DNA of 64,000 nucleotides from Candidatus Limnocylindrales bacterium (GCA_035526025.1 DATLDE010000018.1:11292-75291), one strand, 5' to 3'. Shown: positions 18,362-28,808, numbered from the stretch's first letter. Notes: a model not told the origin generated them from the letters alone. A program made the numbers and translations.

Positions 18362-19501
18362 ATGAGAGAAGCAGATATTCCACGCTTCAACATTGAACAA
18401 GTTACTTCACCCGATGTTCGAAATCTAAGAACAAATACTCCAAATTATTTTATTGAACTTATAGAGCTGGGATTCTTAGAAAATGTTTCTTCAATAAGAG
18501 ATGTTGCTCCAGGAAGTATGGTGGCAATGAATGGACTAAGTAATGCATCTTATTTTTTCCGAGATAATCGCTCTCCAAGAGTAGTTAAATTTGGCCATTT
18601 TTCGGCTACTGCCGAAGCGAGAATGCTTAATTTGTTGAGGGAAAAACAAGTCTCAGTTCCCCAAGTCTTAGGATCAGGTATAGTGCCAAGTACAGAAGGC
18701 AAAGGTAAACCTGTCGAGTACATTGTATTAGAAGGAATTGAGAAAGATGGACAACCAGCTCCAACCGGATACGGATATTTAGAGAAACAACAAGATCAAG
18801 AAACAGCAATTGATCAGGCATGGATATTAGGTGAATGTATGGCTGATGAACTTGTAAAAGTGCACAATGTTGCTCCAGACGATATGGTAATTGGAGGGGT
18901 TTTAGACACACCTGATGGCACAGCTGAAACGATTTATGATTATTTTACAAAAAAAATTGACGACCCAGGCTCCACAAACCTTCTAAATTCACTTGGGATA
19001 GACATAAATCGGATGAAAGCTGCATTTGAGACAACACAATTTCCAGAAACTGGAAGTATGGTTTTTGGTGATTTCCTTCCATACAATGTAGTTGTAGAAT
19101 CAGAATCCCCGTCACTTACAATTAAAATACTTGACCCAACACCCTCTACCAATGATCCATACTGGGATATTGCCAGATTTGTAAATACATTTGATTTGAC
19201 AGAAGCGCTTACAAGAGATCATCCTAAAAATCAAGAATATTCAGACAAGCTGGAACAAGAGAAACACTTAAGGGACGGATTTTTGGGGAGGTATGTAGTT
19301 CAAGCTGGTGAGCTGGATCCAAAACGATTGCTGGCAAACCAAATTATTTTTGCAGTCGGACACATTCAACGCAGAGAAGCACGTGCAGATACAATAGGAA
19401 GCGCTGGACTCGCTCAAATACCTTTTGAGAAAGAACGCGTAGTAGATTTAATGAAAGAATTGCTGAAGGAGTATATTGCTGAATTTATGGAACTCACTTA
19501 A
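18362..19501 (+). CDS. Aminoglycoside phosphotransferase/choline-kinase-like protein
   Basis: VVK, VPQVL, GDFLPYNV, ILDP, DPYWDIA; TTGACT-17-TACAAT promoter upstream. Confidence 0.75.
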   Translation: MREADIPRFNIEQVTSPDVRNLRTNTPNYFIELIELGFLENVSSIRDVAPGSMVAMNGLSNASYFFRDNRSPRVVKFGHFSATAEARMLNLLREKQVSVPQVLGSGIVPSTEGKGKPVEYIVLEGIEKDGQPAPTGYGYLEKQQDQETAIDQAWILGECMADELVKVHNVAPDDMVIGGVLDTPDGTAETIYDYFTKKIDDPGSTNLLNSLGIDINRMKAAFETTQFPETGSMVFGDFLPYNVVVESESPSLTIKILDPTPSTNDPYWDIARFVNTFDLTEALTRDHPKNQEYSDKLEQEKHLRDGFLGRYVVQAGELDPKRLLANQIIFAVGHIQRREARADTIGSAGLAQIPFEKERVVDLMKELLKEYIAEFMELT

Positions 19502-19540
19502 AAAAATCAGTTCCATTCACCTGAAAAGTATTACAAATTT

Positions 19541-19616
19541 GGGTGGCGTACCGGTCTCGAACCGGCGACCTCCAGCTCCACAAGCTAGCGCTCTAACCAA
19601 CTGAGCTAACGCCACC
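19541..19616 (-). tRNA. tRNA-His(GTG)
   Basis: G-1:C73 pair, loop TT-GTG-GA. Confidence 0.92.
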
Positions 19617-19660
19617 AAATATAGCATTGAGTATATCAGTTTTGAGGATAATTGGGAAGA

Positions 19661-19891
19661 TTAAAGAGGGTAACCGCCACTTGGAGGCTCATTGGATTCA
19701 TCCATTTCAGAATATATCATATTGCTGTCTGTTGTTTCCCCATCATCATATTTGTATTCTTTATCATCTTCATCAGACTCTTTTAAATGAGTCTTGATAC
19801 CTGTGTACAGAATGTGAGCCGCTTGTTCTTTATTTTCATTGAATGTATAAAAAACCTTAGAGCAATAAGAACAAGATTGTGAATAATACAT
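19661..19891 (-). CDS. Small acidic CxxC protein
   Basis: CSYC...H; -10 box 9 nt upstream. Confidence 0.65.
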   Translation of the reverse strand: MYYSQSCSYCSKVFYTFNENKEQAAHILYTGIKTHLKESDEDDKEYKYDDGETTDSNMIYSEMDESNEPPSGGYPL

Positions 19892-20000
19892 ATTAAGAGC
19901 AGTATAATACTTTTATTTGAAAATGCAATACATAATTTTGATATAAAAAGAATCTCTTTGTCCTCTTGATATTCGTATAAATTTTACATATCCTTAAAAG

Positions 20001-21248
20001 GTGCAAAGGATCATCCTTCATATAGATTTTGACTCGTTTTTTGCAAGCGCTGAGCAGCAATTCAATCCCCTTTTAAGAGGCAGGCCAATAGGTGTAACGG
20101 CAACCAACGGTAGAACGTGCATCATTGCAGCAAGCCGTGAAGCAAAGGCACTCGGAATTAAATCCCCAACACGTACTTTTGAAGCTCAACGAATATATCC
20201 CTCGATCATTTTTGTACCTGCGCATTTTACCAAATACTGGGAAGTTAGCAAAATATTTGTGAATGCATGCAAGGACTTTTCACCATTAGTTGAAATTTTT
20301 TCACTGGACGAAGTATTTATGGATGTTACGAGGACAGCAGAACTCTTTGGAGGCACTCTTCCGCTCATTGAGAAAATCAAAAGCCGTTTACAAGTGGAAA
20401 TCGGAGAATACATCACAGCTTCCTTTGGAATTTCTCATAATAAGTTACTGGCAAAGCTCGCATCAGGCCTTGAGAAGCCCAATGGCGTTGTAATGATAAA
20501 ACCTGAAGATGTCCAATCGATATATCAAACCACAAAATTAACTGATATTTGCGGAATTGGCTACAGAATCGAAGCAAGACTCAATCAAATGGGTATTTAC
20601 AAACTTACTCAGTTAAGCGCTGCTCCTCTGCAGGCTTTGATTGCAGAATTTGGAAACGTGGAAGGGATTTTTCTACATCAGGTAGGACAGGGACTGGACA
20701 CACGCGAGGTTATTCCCCATACACAAGATCCGGGGGTCAAATCAGTAGGAAGGAATTACTGTCTTCCGGCAAATGAATATAGCAAGCGAAAGGTATTACA
20801 AAACGTATTTGAGCTTTGTGAGGAAGTCGGAATAAAGCTTAGAAGGCTCAATAAAAAAGCACGAAATGTTGGGATATTTCTCAGGGGTGATGAGAATGTA
20901 TATGGCAGAAAAACCTATTCATATTTCATGGATTCAGGAAAAGATCTTTTTGATGCATGCCACTCTTTGTTGACCGTATTCCCGGATTATACCCGTCAAA
21001 TCGGTATTTGGGCTTCATATCTTGAAGATAGTGACAAAATTCCGAGTTCCTTATTTGATACTGAAAAAAAGAGGAAGTTGCGCACAACAATTGACCAGAT
21101 TAATGAAAGATTTGGAGATCACACCATCCGTAACGGATTCCTGCTGGATTCTCCTAAATTGACTACCGTTCCAAACGGGTTTATGGCAGATAGATTTGAA
21201 AGAGAAAAATTTGCCAAGGAACAAAAAATAATTGAATCCCTTGCGTAA
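20001..21248 (+). CDS. dinB: DNA polymerase IV (Y family)
   Basis: HIDFDSFFAS, AASREAK, SLDE, KLLAKLAS..KPNG. Confidence 0.92.
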   Translation: MQRIILHIDFDSFFASAEQQFNPLLRGRPIGVTATNGRTCIIAASREAKALGIKSPTRTFEAQRIYPSIIFVPAHFTKYWEVSKIFVNACKDFSPLVEIFSLDEVFMDVTRTAELFGGTLPLIEKIKSRLQVEIGEYITASFGISHNKLLAKLASGLEKPNGVVMIKPEDVQSIYQTTKLTDICGIGYRIEARLNQMGIYKLTQLSAAPLQALIAEFGNVEGIFLHQVGQGLDTREVIPHTQDPGVKSVGRNYCLPANEYSKRKVLQNVFELCEEVGIKLRRLNKKARNVGIFLRGDENVYGRKTYSYFMDSGKDLFDACHSLLTVFPDYTRQIGIWASYLEDSDKIPSSLFDTEKKRKLRTTIDQINERFGDHTIRNGFLLDSPKLTTVPNGFMADRFEREKFAKEQKIIESLA

Positions 21249-21258
21249 AACAACAAAA

Positions 21259-21285
21259 CAGGTCGGATTATTAAAATCCGACCTG
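21259..21285. terminator. Terminator hairpin between convergent genes
   Basis: CAGGTCGGATT/AATCCGACCTG perfect stem. Confidence 0.7.
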
Positions 21286-21306
21286 CTTATGGCTCTTCTT
21301 CAGAAA

Positions 21307-21567
21307 CTAGATACTCCTTCTATGAGTAAATGTTTTGTAGATCCATATCGTTATAACAGCTCCCAAGATTGCAACAAATGTACTGTAAAAGTTAAAACCT
21401 GTTACTCCTGGTTGGCCGATAGCGTTCATAACCAGACCGCCTAAGAAGGCACCAATGATACCAACAATTATGTTTCCCATTGCTCCTTGCTCAGCGTCAT
21501 TGCCCATAACCATAGAGGCAATCCATCCTGCGAGAGCTCCAAAAACTATCCAAACTAAAAAATTCAT
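21307..21567 (-). CDS. GlsB/YeaQ/YmgE stress-response membrane protein
   Basis: WIVFGALAGWIA...NIIVGIIGAFLGG; extended SD. Confidence 0.9.
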   Translation of the reverse strand: MNFLVWIVFGALAGWIASMVMGNDAEQGAMGNIIVGIIGAFLGGLVMNAIGQPGVTGFNFYSTFVAILGAVITIWIYKTFTHRRSI

Positions 21568-21659
21568 AATATTAAATTTCACCTCCTTTCATCTTAATCT
21601 TCTTTTAAGCCCTGATTAAGTATTGGGCTGTTGGAGGCCAAGCCTCCTATATACTTTGG

Positions 21660-21878
21660 TTAAGGTTGTTGTTTTACATTTACATCAACTTTATCCGGTA
21701 CGTTTACCTGCGGTGCTTGTACTCCTGCGTTACTTGCAGTGTTGTTAAGCATTGGTAAACCATAAAATACAAATAAAATCACAAAAACAATAAGTACGAT
21801 TATTCCTAATAAAAATCCGCTACCCCCTCCTCCTTCTGATGGAGCTGCTGCTGGTGGATTATTAACTACTGTTGCCAT
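21660..21878 (-). CDS. Small single-TM protein
   Basis: MATVVNNP..TM..VNVPDKVDVNV; extended SD. Confidence 0.8.
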   Translation of the reverse strand: MATVVNNPPAAAPSEGGGGSGFLLGIIVLIVFVILFVFYGLPMLNNTASNAGVQAPQVNVPDKVDVNVKQQP

Positions 21879-21931
21879 ATATTATTCACCTCCTTTCAAG
21901 ATAAAAAAATTAGATGTCTTGAATTGTTTAC

Positions 21932-21985
21932 AGTATATGGAGCGGCAGTAAAAAACAAATGATAGAAGTGTAAGAAAGCGATTAG
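21932..21985 (-). promoter_or_regulatory. Direct-repeat (YTTAC-N6) promoter
   Basis: Minus strand: CTAAT-n6-CTTAC-n6-ATCAT-n6-TTTAC-10 nt-TATACT. Confidence 0.55.
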
Positions 21986-21991
21986 AGAAAT

Positions 21992-22804
21992 TTAGCCTTG
22001 CTTACATACAAAATTAACCTCAGCAATTACATTTTTGTAGTCATTTTCTGACAGATATAAGGTTTTTATCAGTGAATTATCCTTGTATATTTCCTTACAT
22101 AACACTATGTGGTTATTGAGAAGGATGCGCTTGTGACCTGATGATAGAGACGAAAGCATAGTAACAGGATACAAACGTAATCTCTCAATCATATCCCGCA
22201 GACTATTCCCTTCCGGGTAACTCCAGCTAATTGCCTTCATGTTCTTGCACTGCGCATAGGCATTTACTTCAGTTGTTGTTTTGGTGTTGGTTATAATCCA
22301 TGCTTCATCAATATGATTTTTATTTTTTATATCTACAAATCTAGCTTGAGTATAAAGTGCTACATGGACTTGTGAGCGAATACCCGGGCTGTTATGATAC
22401 TTTGCTTCTATCATTGCTGATTTACCACCTTTTTCAGCAATTACATCTATCTCATGCGTTATGCACTCTCCTCTTAATACTTGACGCACTTTTGTGTGGT
22501 AGCCTTCCTCTTGAAGTAATTTCGATATAAAATCTTCAAAAGGATAACCTGTCGGGCCGAGATTCATTATGGCTTCTTTCAAGCTGTAGCGTGCTTTGGC
22601 ATAGTGATCGCCTGTATCTCCTAAGAATTCAGTGATGTGGTGATAGATTTCTCTAGTTGTTATCCCATCATACATCTTATTATTTACATGTGCCAATACC
22701 TTTCCTTGAATGGAGTGATGGATATGCGCACGTCGTATAGAATCAATTACTTTTTCTTCACTGTATGGTTCAAAAGTTTTATTTGCTTTTTGGACAGAAT
22801 ACAT
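21992..22804 (-). CDS. ATP-cone + Mrr-like PD-(D/E)xK nuclease protein
   Basis: N-terminal V.K....EPYSEEK ATP cone; GPTGYPFE, EIDV, IEAK. Confidence 0.82.
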   Translation of the reverse strand: MYSVQKANKTFEPYSEEKVIDSIRRAHIHHSIQGKVLAHVNNKMYDGITTREIYHHITEFLGDTGDHYAKARYSLKEAIMNLGPTGYPFEDFISKLLQEEGYHTKVRQVLRGECITHEIDVIAEKGGKSAMIEAKYHNSPGIRSQVHVALYTQARFVDIKNKNHIDEAWIITNTKTTTEVNAYAQCKNMKAISWSYPEGNSLRDMIERLRLYPVTMLSSLSSGHKRILLNNHIVLCKEIYKDNSLIKTLYLSENDYKNVIAEVNFVCKQG

Positions 22805-22808
22805 ATTA

Positions 22809-24578
22809 CTAGTATATCTCAAATGATTCCAGAAGTTTTTTATTTCCTGTAATTTGATAATTAAGAAGATCCTGATATAACCCTTTTCTCAGGGAAAGCT
22901 CCTTTGGTGTTCCAGCATCTGATATCCGACCATTTTCAATCACGATGACCTTGTCTACATTTTGAATAGTTGAGAACCTATGCGCAATAATGATAGTCAA
23001 CCTATCTTTCATCAGGTTCTCCAACGCGTCCTGGACTTCTTTCTCGGACTTGGCGTCAAGTGATGAAGTCGCTTCATCCAAAATAAGTATTGGAGCGTTC
23101 TTCATTATCGCACGTGCTATCTGAATTCTCTGCTTCTGTCCGCCTGACAACCTGACACCCCGCTCTCCAACTTCACTATTGATTTTCTTTGGAAGTTTAT
23201 TTACAAATTCCAGAGCATTTGCAAGCCTTAAAGCATTAATTACATCAGCATCTTTTGCACTATTTTGCCCATAAGCAACATTTTCTCTGATGGTTGATGA
23301 GAATAATTCATTTTCCTGAAAAACAAGTGAAATATTTTGTCTCACAAAATTATAATCTAATTCTGAATAGTTTTTTCCGTTCAGATATATCCCACCGCTT
23401 GTCGGTAGATAAAACTTTAGTATCAAATTGGCCATTGTCGACTTACCTGCGCCACTATGTCCAACCAAAGCCACTGTTTCACCTTTTCCTATCTTAAATG
23501 ATACGTTATTTAATACATTTGCAGATTTTTCGTAATTGAATGATACTTTTTTGAACTCTATTTCTGGATCCTTGATTCTTTCCATATCAGACTTCCTTTT
23601 ATAATCTTCAGTTGATTTGAGTGACAGAACTTCAAAGTACTCTTTAGATCCACTTTCTGCAGTCTGAATCTGTGTCAATATAAATGACATCGCAAATAGA
23701 GGAATCCTCGCCTGATTAAACAACTGCAGGATCAGAACCATCTCACCGATACTCAAATTTCCCAAGAAAGTATTATAAAACACCAAAACATTTACGGTAA
23801 AAAGGATTAGATTTAGAGAAAGCCCCCGAAAAAAATCAAATATATGATACGTTTTGCTTTGGCGCGCATAAATAATATTGCTTTCTCCTAGTTTTTTTGA
23901 AACCAATTCATACTCGCGTTTTTCATTTGTAAAACTTTTAACAAGGATCATGTTGGAAATCACTTCTTGTATGCGGCCACGAGTTATATCCTCAATTTTA
24001 TTTTTCTTTACTTCCTCTTTCCCCCATTTAACAGTTGAGTAATAGCTTAGCGATAGATAGACCGGAAATAAAAGAAATGTAAAAAACGCAACCGGCAGGC
24101 TGTAATATGCAAGAACTGCAATTGTAAATATGCTTTGGATAAATGTCGGCAATATGAAATTTGAGGAGGTATTTAAAAACGAATGAATCGATACAATACC
24201 TCTGGATAACTGATTTACAATTTTTCCGGATATCTCTGAGTCAAAATAAGATTGTGGGAGAGTGAGGACTTTATCGTAAAACTTTTCTGTAAGAAATTTT
24301 CTCAATTGTCCCGCAAAATGATCCCCCAATCTATCCGATATGCTTGTGACTGCAAGGCCTAGTAAATTTGCTCCAAATGCAAAAAGTATGAGAGTGATCA
24401 GGCGCCTTATATCTCCCCCTTTGTTCTGTACATTCTGGACTATTTCATCAACAATAAATTTTGACAGAATTGGCGCAATCAAAGAAAGAACAGATGAGAC
24501 GAGGATAAACACAGCAATAATAATTGCCAGGGGATGTAATGGTTTGGAGATCTTTAATATTTTAAATATATTTTTCAT
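22809..24578 (-). CDS. ABC exporter, fused permease/ATPase
   Basis: TM domain; GHSGAGKS, LSGGQ, ILDEATS, IAHR. Confidence 0.93.
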   Translation of the reverse strand: MKNIFKILKISKPLHPLAIIIAVFILVSSVLSLIAPILSKFIVDEIVQNVQNKGGDIRRLITLILFAFGANLLGLAVTSISDRLGDHFAGQLRKFLTEKFYDKVLTLPQSYFDSEISGKIVNQLSRGIVSIHSFLNTSSNFILPTFIQSIFTIAVLAYYSLPVAFFTFLLFPVYLSLSYYSTVKWGKEEVKKNKIEDITRGRIQEVISNMILVKSFTNEKREYELVSKKLGESNIIYARQSKTYHIFDFFRGLSLNLILFTVNVLVFYNTFLGNLSIGEMVLILQLFNQARIPLFAMSFILTQIQTAESGSKEYFEVLSLKSTEDYKRKSDMERIKDPEIEFKKVSFNYEKSANVLNNVSFKIGKGETVALVGHSGAGKSTMANLILKFYLPTSGGIYLNGKNYSELDYNFVRQNISLVFQENELFSSTIRENVAYGQNSAKDADVINALRLANALEFVNKLPKKINSEVGERGVRLSGGQKQRIQIARAIMKNAPILILDEATSSLDAKSEKEVQDALENLMKDRLTIIIAHRFSTIQNVDKVIVIENGRISDAGTPKELSLRKGLYQDLLNYQITGNKKLLESFEIY

Positions 24579-24593
24579 ATGCAATACTAATAA

Positions 24594-26930
24594 CTATTTT
24601 ACATTTTTTTTTCTGAATATAACAAAAGAACCTTTTTCGGTAATGATTTCATATCGATTATCGTGGCGTATTTTCTCTAGTTGTAATTTTTGAGCAATTA
24701 GAGATTGTGGCTGTTCATTTTTATTTGGATAAAATACAAGCACATCTGCTTTCTCAAGTCCTAGAGGAAGTGTAAATAGCTCAAGCCTATGGGCTAAATG
24801 AGAACCTACGTTATTTGAAGCTGCTACGCTTAAATGGGGTGGAATGTCTGATAATTTCTGTTCTAAAAATTTGTAGTCTGGTAATTGTTTATTGATCATT
24901 TCCAGATTTGCATCTTTTGAGCCAGGTAACACTCCTAGCTTATAAGCACTCATCAGGCTTGTTATTAAAATAAAGATTGGCAAAACAAATAGATACTTTT
25001 CCTCTATATATTTTTTGATAATATTCATCCCAAAAATGGCGCTAATAAAAATAAACGGGGTAATTGCAGCGGTATATTGATAATAGATTTGGTGAAGCTG
25101 AGCGTTGTTACTCAAGAGATTAATAGTCAAATCAGCTCCTGCCAATATCAAAAAGAAAGGATATATAAATGATAGATATCCAAGTGGTGAAAAAAGTTGA
25201 GCCAGATAATCAATCTTTTCTTTTTGATAAATTATCTCAAAAACTTTCTGAGGTGAAAATAATATGTTTTTCGCAATTGAAAGCGGACCATCCCCAAAAT
25301 CTGAGTAATAATCAATTGCAAAATGAGACGCACCTAAAGCCTGTGGAATTGCAACAGAAATGAGATAGTAGAATATTCCAAAAGACACAAAAAATATAAG
25401 ACTTCCGAATAATCTTTTTTTGTGATTGAAAAACAACATAACACCAAATAAAGCTATGATCAGCCATATTTGTTCTTTACTGATAGCAGCAAGTAACGCA
25501 AAAATCATAAACAAAACATATTTTTTTCTACTATAGAAATAGTATGTTCCGAGGAGAAAAGTAGTTGCTAGAGTGACTGCGTGAAAGTCATATAGATTTG
25601 CCCTTTGAACACTTGGATTTATAAGATATGCAAAAGCAAATGCAAGTGACAAATTTTTACTGGTAAGCTTGTCTTTGGCAATTAAATAAACAAATATGCT
25701 GCCAAGCGCTACGACAAATGTCTGGATGAATAAAAGCGTTTTAGGATTGGGAAACAATGCGTAAAAAGGAGCGAGAAGAATCAAAAGAAAATCTGCATGA
25801 AATGCAAGGCGTGAGACCATGTCTGCGCCATCAGGATTGGTAAATTGAAATATACGTCCTTGTGTGGTATTCCAGACTGTTTGGGCCATATTTCCTAGAT
25901 CAAACCTGCCTGTATAAAAATGGTCATACCGCAGGAAGCTGATCCAGGAAAAATACGCTATATATATAATTATCAATCCCAAAAGCACAGCTTCATGTTT
26001 GTGATTTGCAACAAGATTGCTAAGTTGACTAACTTTTTTACTTTTTGATTTAAAATATAAATAAGTTATACCCAAAAATATTATCTCAGAAATTATAAGT
26101 ATTATTCTTGAAAAAAGTGCTATGAATGCACCAATTGATGAATTTACAATTTTCGACAATCCGGCAATAATAATTCCTTCTCGTACACCAAATCCAGCGG
26201 GTGTTAAAAGAGAAAGATAACCAATAAGTACTGACAAGACAAAAAACCCACTGAGTTGAAAAAACAATTCAATTGGCAGAATAATTACTGAGCTAATTAC
26301 GAAATAGTTTGCAACCCCAAACCAAAGCAAGGCACATGTACTTAATGCCACCAAGTTCGCATTTTCTGATCTTTCAAATTTAGGTATAAATTTTAAATTC
26401 TGTTGAAAAAATATATATAACAAAACACCAATCAAAACTATGAAAATTATTAATTTTTGAGAAAAATCAGGGACGAAATTGCTAAAACTTGAAAGAACAA
26501 AGGGAAGTGATAAAAGAGAAATAACTGCACACCCAATAACAAAGATTCCAGCTTCAGTTACGATAAGCTTACCCACATTCTTTTTAGGAATACCTTGTTC
26601 TGAAAATGCAAAAGCTCTTCCGAGAAAAGATACTATGCTTCCTGGAATATATCTTTTAAATTCAGATACAGAATAATGATAAGCAGATTGTTTGTAAGTT
26701 ATTTTATTTGAATAAACCTTAAGAAGTCTATGCCAAATATAGCTTCTGAGGAAATAATACACTAGAAAACTAAATATCCCTATCATTAATAAAACTGGAT
26801 TTGCAGCATAAAGCTTACTGGTAAATTCCGGAATTCTTGGAGCTACGAGCTTGATAATAAAGAATAATGCGAGAATAGAAAACGGCCATCCTAAAGCGTA
26901 TTTGAGAATTGAGAATAGTCGGTTCTGCAT
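24594..26930 (-). CDS. LPG-synthase-like flippase domain fused to DUF2079 (GT-C-like) domain
   Basis: N-terminal RYIPG, TPAGFGVREG; C-terminal FDLG...Q..WN, H...LL..LAP, YDFH, KE. Confidence 0.8.
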   Translation of the reverse strand: MQNRLFSILKYALGWPFSILALFFIIKLVAPRIPEFTSKLYAANPVLLMIGIFSFLVYYFLRSYIWHRLLKVYSNKITYKQSAYHYSVSEFKRYIPGSIVSFLGRAFAFSEQGIPKKNVGKLIVTEAGIFVIGCAVISLLSLPFVLSSFSNFVPDFSQKLIIFIVLIGVLLYIFFQQNLKFIPKFERSENANLVALSTCALLWFGVANYFVISSVIILPIELFFQLSGFFVLSVLIGYLSLLTPAGFGVREGIIIAGLSKIVNSSIGAFIALFSRIILIISEIIFLGITYLYFKSKSKKVSQLSNLVANHKHEAVLLGLIIIYIAYFSWISFLRYDHFYTGRFDLGNMAQTVWNTTQGRIFQFTNPDGADMVSRLAFHADFLLILLAPFYALFPNPKTLLFIQTFVVALGSIFVYLIAKDKLTSKNLSLAFAFAYLINPSVQRANLYDFHAVTLATTFLLGTYYFYSRKKYVLFMIFALLAAISKEQIWLIIALFGVMLFFNHKKRLFGSLIFFVSFGIFYYLISVAIPQALGASHFAIDYYSDFGDGPLSIAKNILFSPQKVFEIIYQKEKIDYLAQLFSPLGYLSFIYPFFLILAGADLTINLLSNNAQLHQIYYQYTAAITPFIFISAIFGMNIIKKYIEEKYLFVLPIFILITSLMSAYKLGVLPGSKDANLEMINKQLPDYKFLEQKLSDIPPHLSVAASNNVGSHLAHRLELFTLPLGLEKADVLVFYPNKNEQPQSLIAQKLQLEKIRHDNRYEIITEKGSFVIFRKKNVK

Positions 26931-27033
26931 TTAGCTATTTTACTAGAAATATCATTTTATTCATAGCTTATGATATATATAATATGTATATTTGTACATT
27001 GTATGGGGGTCTGATAAAATCAATTTAAATAAC

Positions 27034-27106
27034 GCACCCGTAGCTCAGTGGATAGAGCACTTCGCTTCGGACGAAGGGGTCGGGGGTTCGAATCCCTCCG
27101 GGTGCA
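27034..27106 (+). tRNA. tRNA-Arg(TCG)
   Basis: Anticodon stem CTTCG/CGAAG, loop CT-TCG-GA. Confidence 0.92.
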
Positions 27107-27110
27107 CTAA

Positions 27111-27551
27111 TTAATCAAAAGCTTTAACTAATAAAAATGATAAATCAGCTGCAAATTTAAATCCTTTTTCCCGGGCTATGTCTGAGCAATCTTCTGGATC
27201 CCGAGCCGCAGCAATCCTCTTCTGCGTAATTCGAGCGGCCAACACAGCTTTTGCATCTGTTGCTTCCCATCTACTTCTTGCTCTTCCTAAAATATCACTT
27301 ACTTTACCAAACTTTATATCCAAACCTCTCAATTTGTTAGGTCCTGTACTAAATGCTAATTGTCCTGGGATATATACATCCACTGCTTGAGCATATTTTG
27401 TGATTTCATCATCATTTGCCGTCAGAATTTTCGACGCAGTAAATGCAGCCTGATCAGCAAGACCAATATCTCCCTTAGGGCGAAATGTTCTTGCGTACTA
27501 CATTCCGCTCGTGTAAAACATCAATTGTTGTCCCTCTAATTGCTCTTTCAT
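27111..27551 (-). pseudogene. Hypothetical protein interrupted by one in-frame TAG
   Basis: ATG at 27551 just after the stop of the upstream gene; MKEQLEGQQLMFYTSGM*YARTFRPKG... continues in frame into ORF 27111-27383. Confidence 0.55.
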
Positions 27552-27554
27552 AAT

Positions 27555-28094
27555 TTATGGTGCAGGTATTTTTCTAAGAGTACCATCAGTTAGCTTGTTC
27601 ACAACATCTTTTGCAAAAAAGTTAACAATTTCAAGTCTTGGCTTTGCCAATCTCTCGCTACTTACAAGTAAATTGCTTCCTGAGAGTTCATTTCTCACAA
27701 CTCGCGGCGCCAATGCCAACTTTAATTGTTTTACTGCCTCTAATTCAGCTCTTTCAACAGGCGTGTCTATATCAAGATATGCCTGCCTTACAGAATTGTG
27801 AAATCCAATGTATGTAGGATAAACCGTTTTTTCATTTTCGGATATTTCTGTTGGATTTTTATCCAGTTCAAATGCCAAGCTTAGTGTTTCTGCTGGTGAG
27901 GCCACGACAAGTCTTGAAACTCCGGGAATTACCATATGAACTAAATGGCTTCTTAGTCTACCTTCCTCACTTGAAATTTTAGATTCCTTACTAGTTATCA
28001 AGTCTGTAGTAAATTCACCTGCATAACTCCTTATTGAAGCTTCAACATAATCTAGTTCTAAAAGCGGATCAAGTAATTTTTTTGTTTCTGTCAT
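27555..28094 (-). CDS. Hypothetical protein
   Basis: 179-aa ORF between two tRNAs. Confidence 0.7.
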   Translation of the reverse strand: MTETKKLLDPLLELDYVEASIRSYAGEFTTDLITSKESKISSEEGRLRSHLVHMVIPGVSRLVVASPAETLSLAFELDKNPTEISENEKTVYPTYIGFHNSVRQAYLDIDTPVERAELEAVKQLKLALAPRVVRNELSGSNLLVSSERLAKPRLEIVNFFAKDVVNKLTDGTLRKIPAP

Positions 28095-28189
28095 GATTTA
28101 AAATATTCATTAGCTATAAAATAAGTTTTTCTATGCTTAAGTGAATCTTAATATTAAATAGTCATTTTGTTGCATAAATTATATATTGT

Positions 28190-28717
28190 CTATGCTTCAC
28201 GTGGTAAAAATCTACTGTTCACGGCTTCTTGGAGCATTGTGAAGTGTGGATTTTGGATAATAGAATCAAAACTTGACGGATCATCAGGTTGTGCTTCAGG
28301 ATTAAATCCCAGAGCCATTGAACCGTATTTTCTGGCGATTTTGCCACTCAACCTTCTTCGCAATTCCTTATTCACTGAATCATCTAATGCTTGCCCGCTA
28401 GTGCCTATAAGCTCCTGACTCATTCTAAAAGAACTTACTTCATGGAAAATACCACCATATACCGATCTATCTCTATCTAAGTATTCATCATTATTTTGAT
28501 TCCGTTCAATGGTCATTGCGCGCTCAAATATATCTATATTATTACCGCTTTCAACAATAGACAGAATTTTTACTGCGGCATTCTTAAAACTCATAGGCAA
28601 ATCCGGCGTAGTTGACTCTACATGTTCTCTCAGCTCGATCGTCTCCTCGCTACCTGGGAATAACAAATCGATATATTGGAGTGCGTCTTGTAATCTTTCT
28701 GATGCATTTGCCGCCAT
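28190..28717 (-). CDS. Hypothetical protein
   Basis: 175-aa ORF; TATAAT 7 nt before ATG. Confidence 0.7.
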   Translation of the reverse strand: MAANASERLQDALQYIDLLFPGSEETIELREHVESTTPDLPMSFKNAAVKILSIVESGNNIDIFERAMTIERNQNNDEYLDRDRSVYGGIFHEVSSFRMSQELIGTSGQALDDSVNKELRRRLSGKIARKYGSMALGFNPEAQPDDPSSFDSIIQNPHFTMLQEAVNSRFLPREA

Positions 28718-28808
28718 ATGAGGTATTATAGTATATTTATCCAGCCTTGTCTATGGTAAGTGGTGGCTGACTTACATATCAAATTTTGGTAGAATAGATA
28801 AGTTAATC

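Noticed and set aside
19940-20000. SOS/LexA box upstream of dinB
   Set aside because: No motif clearly shared with the uvrA upstream region could be identified by eye
10845-27100. Shared GGTCGGGGGTTCGAATCCCTC in two tRNA-Arg genes as attL/attR of an island
   Set aside because: Both copies are parts of complete tRNAs with different anticodons; no integrase between them
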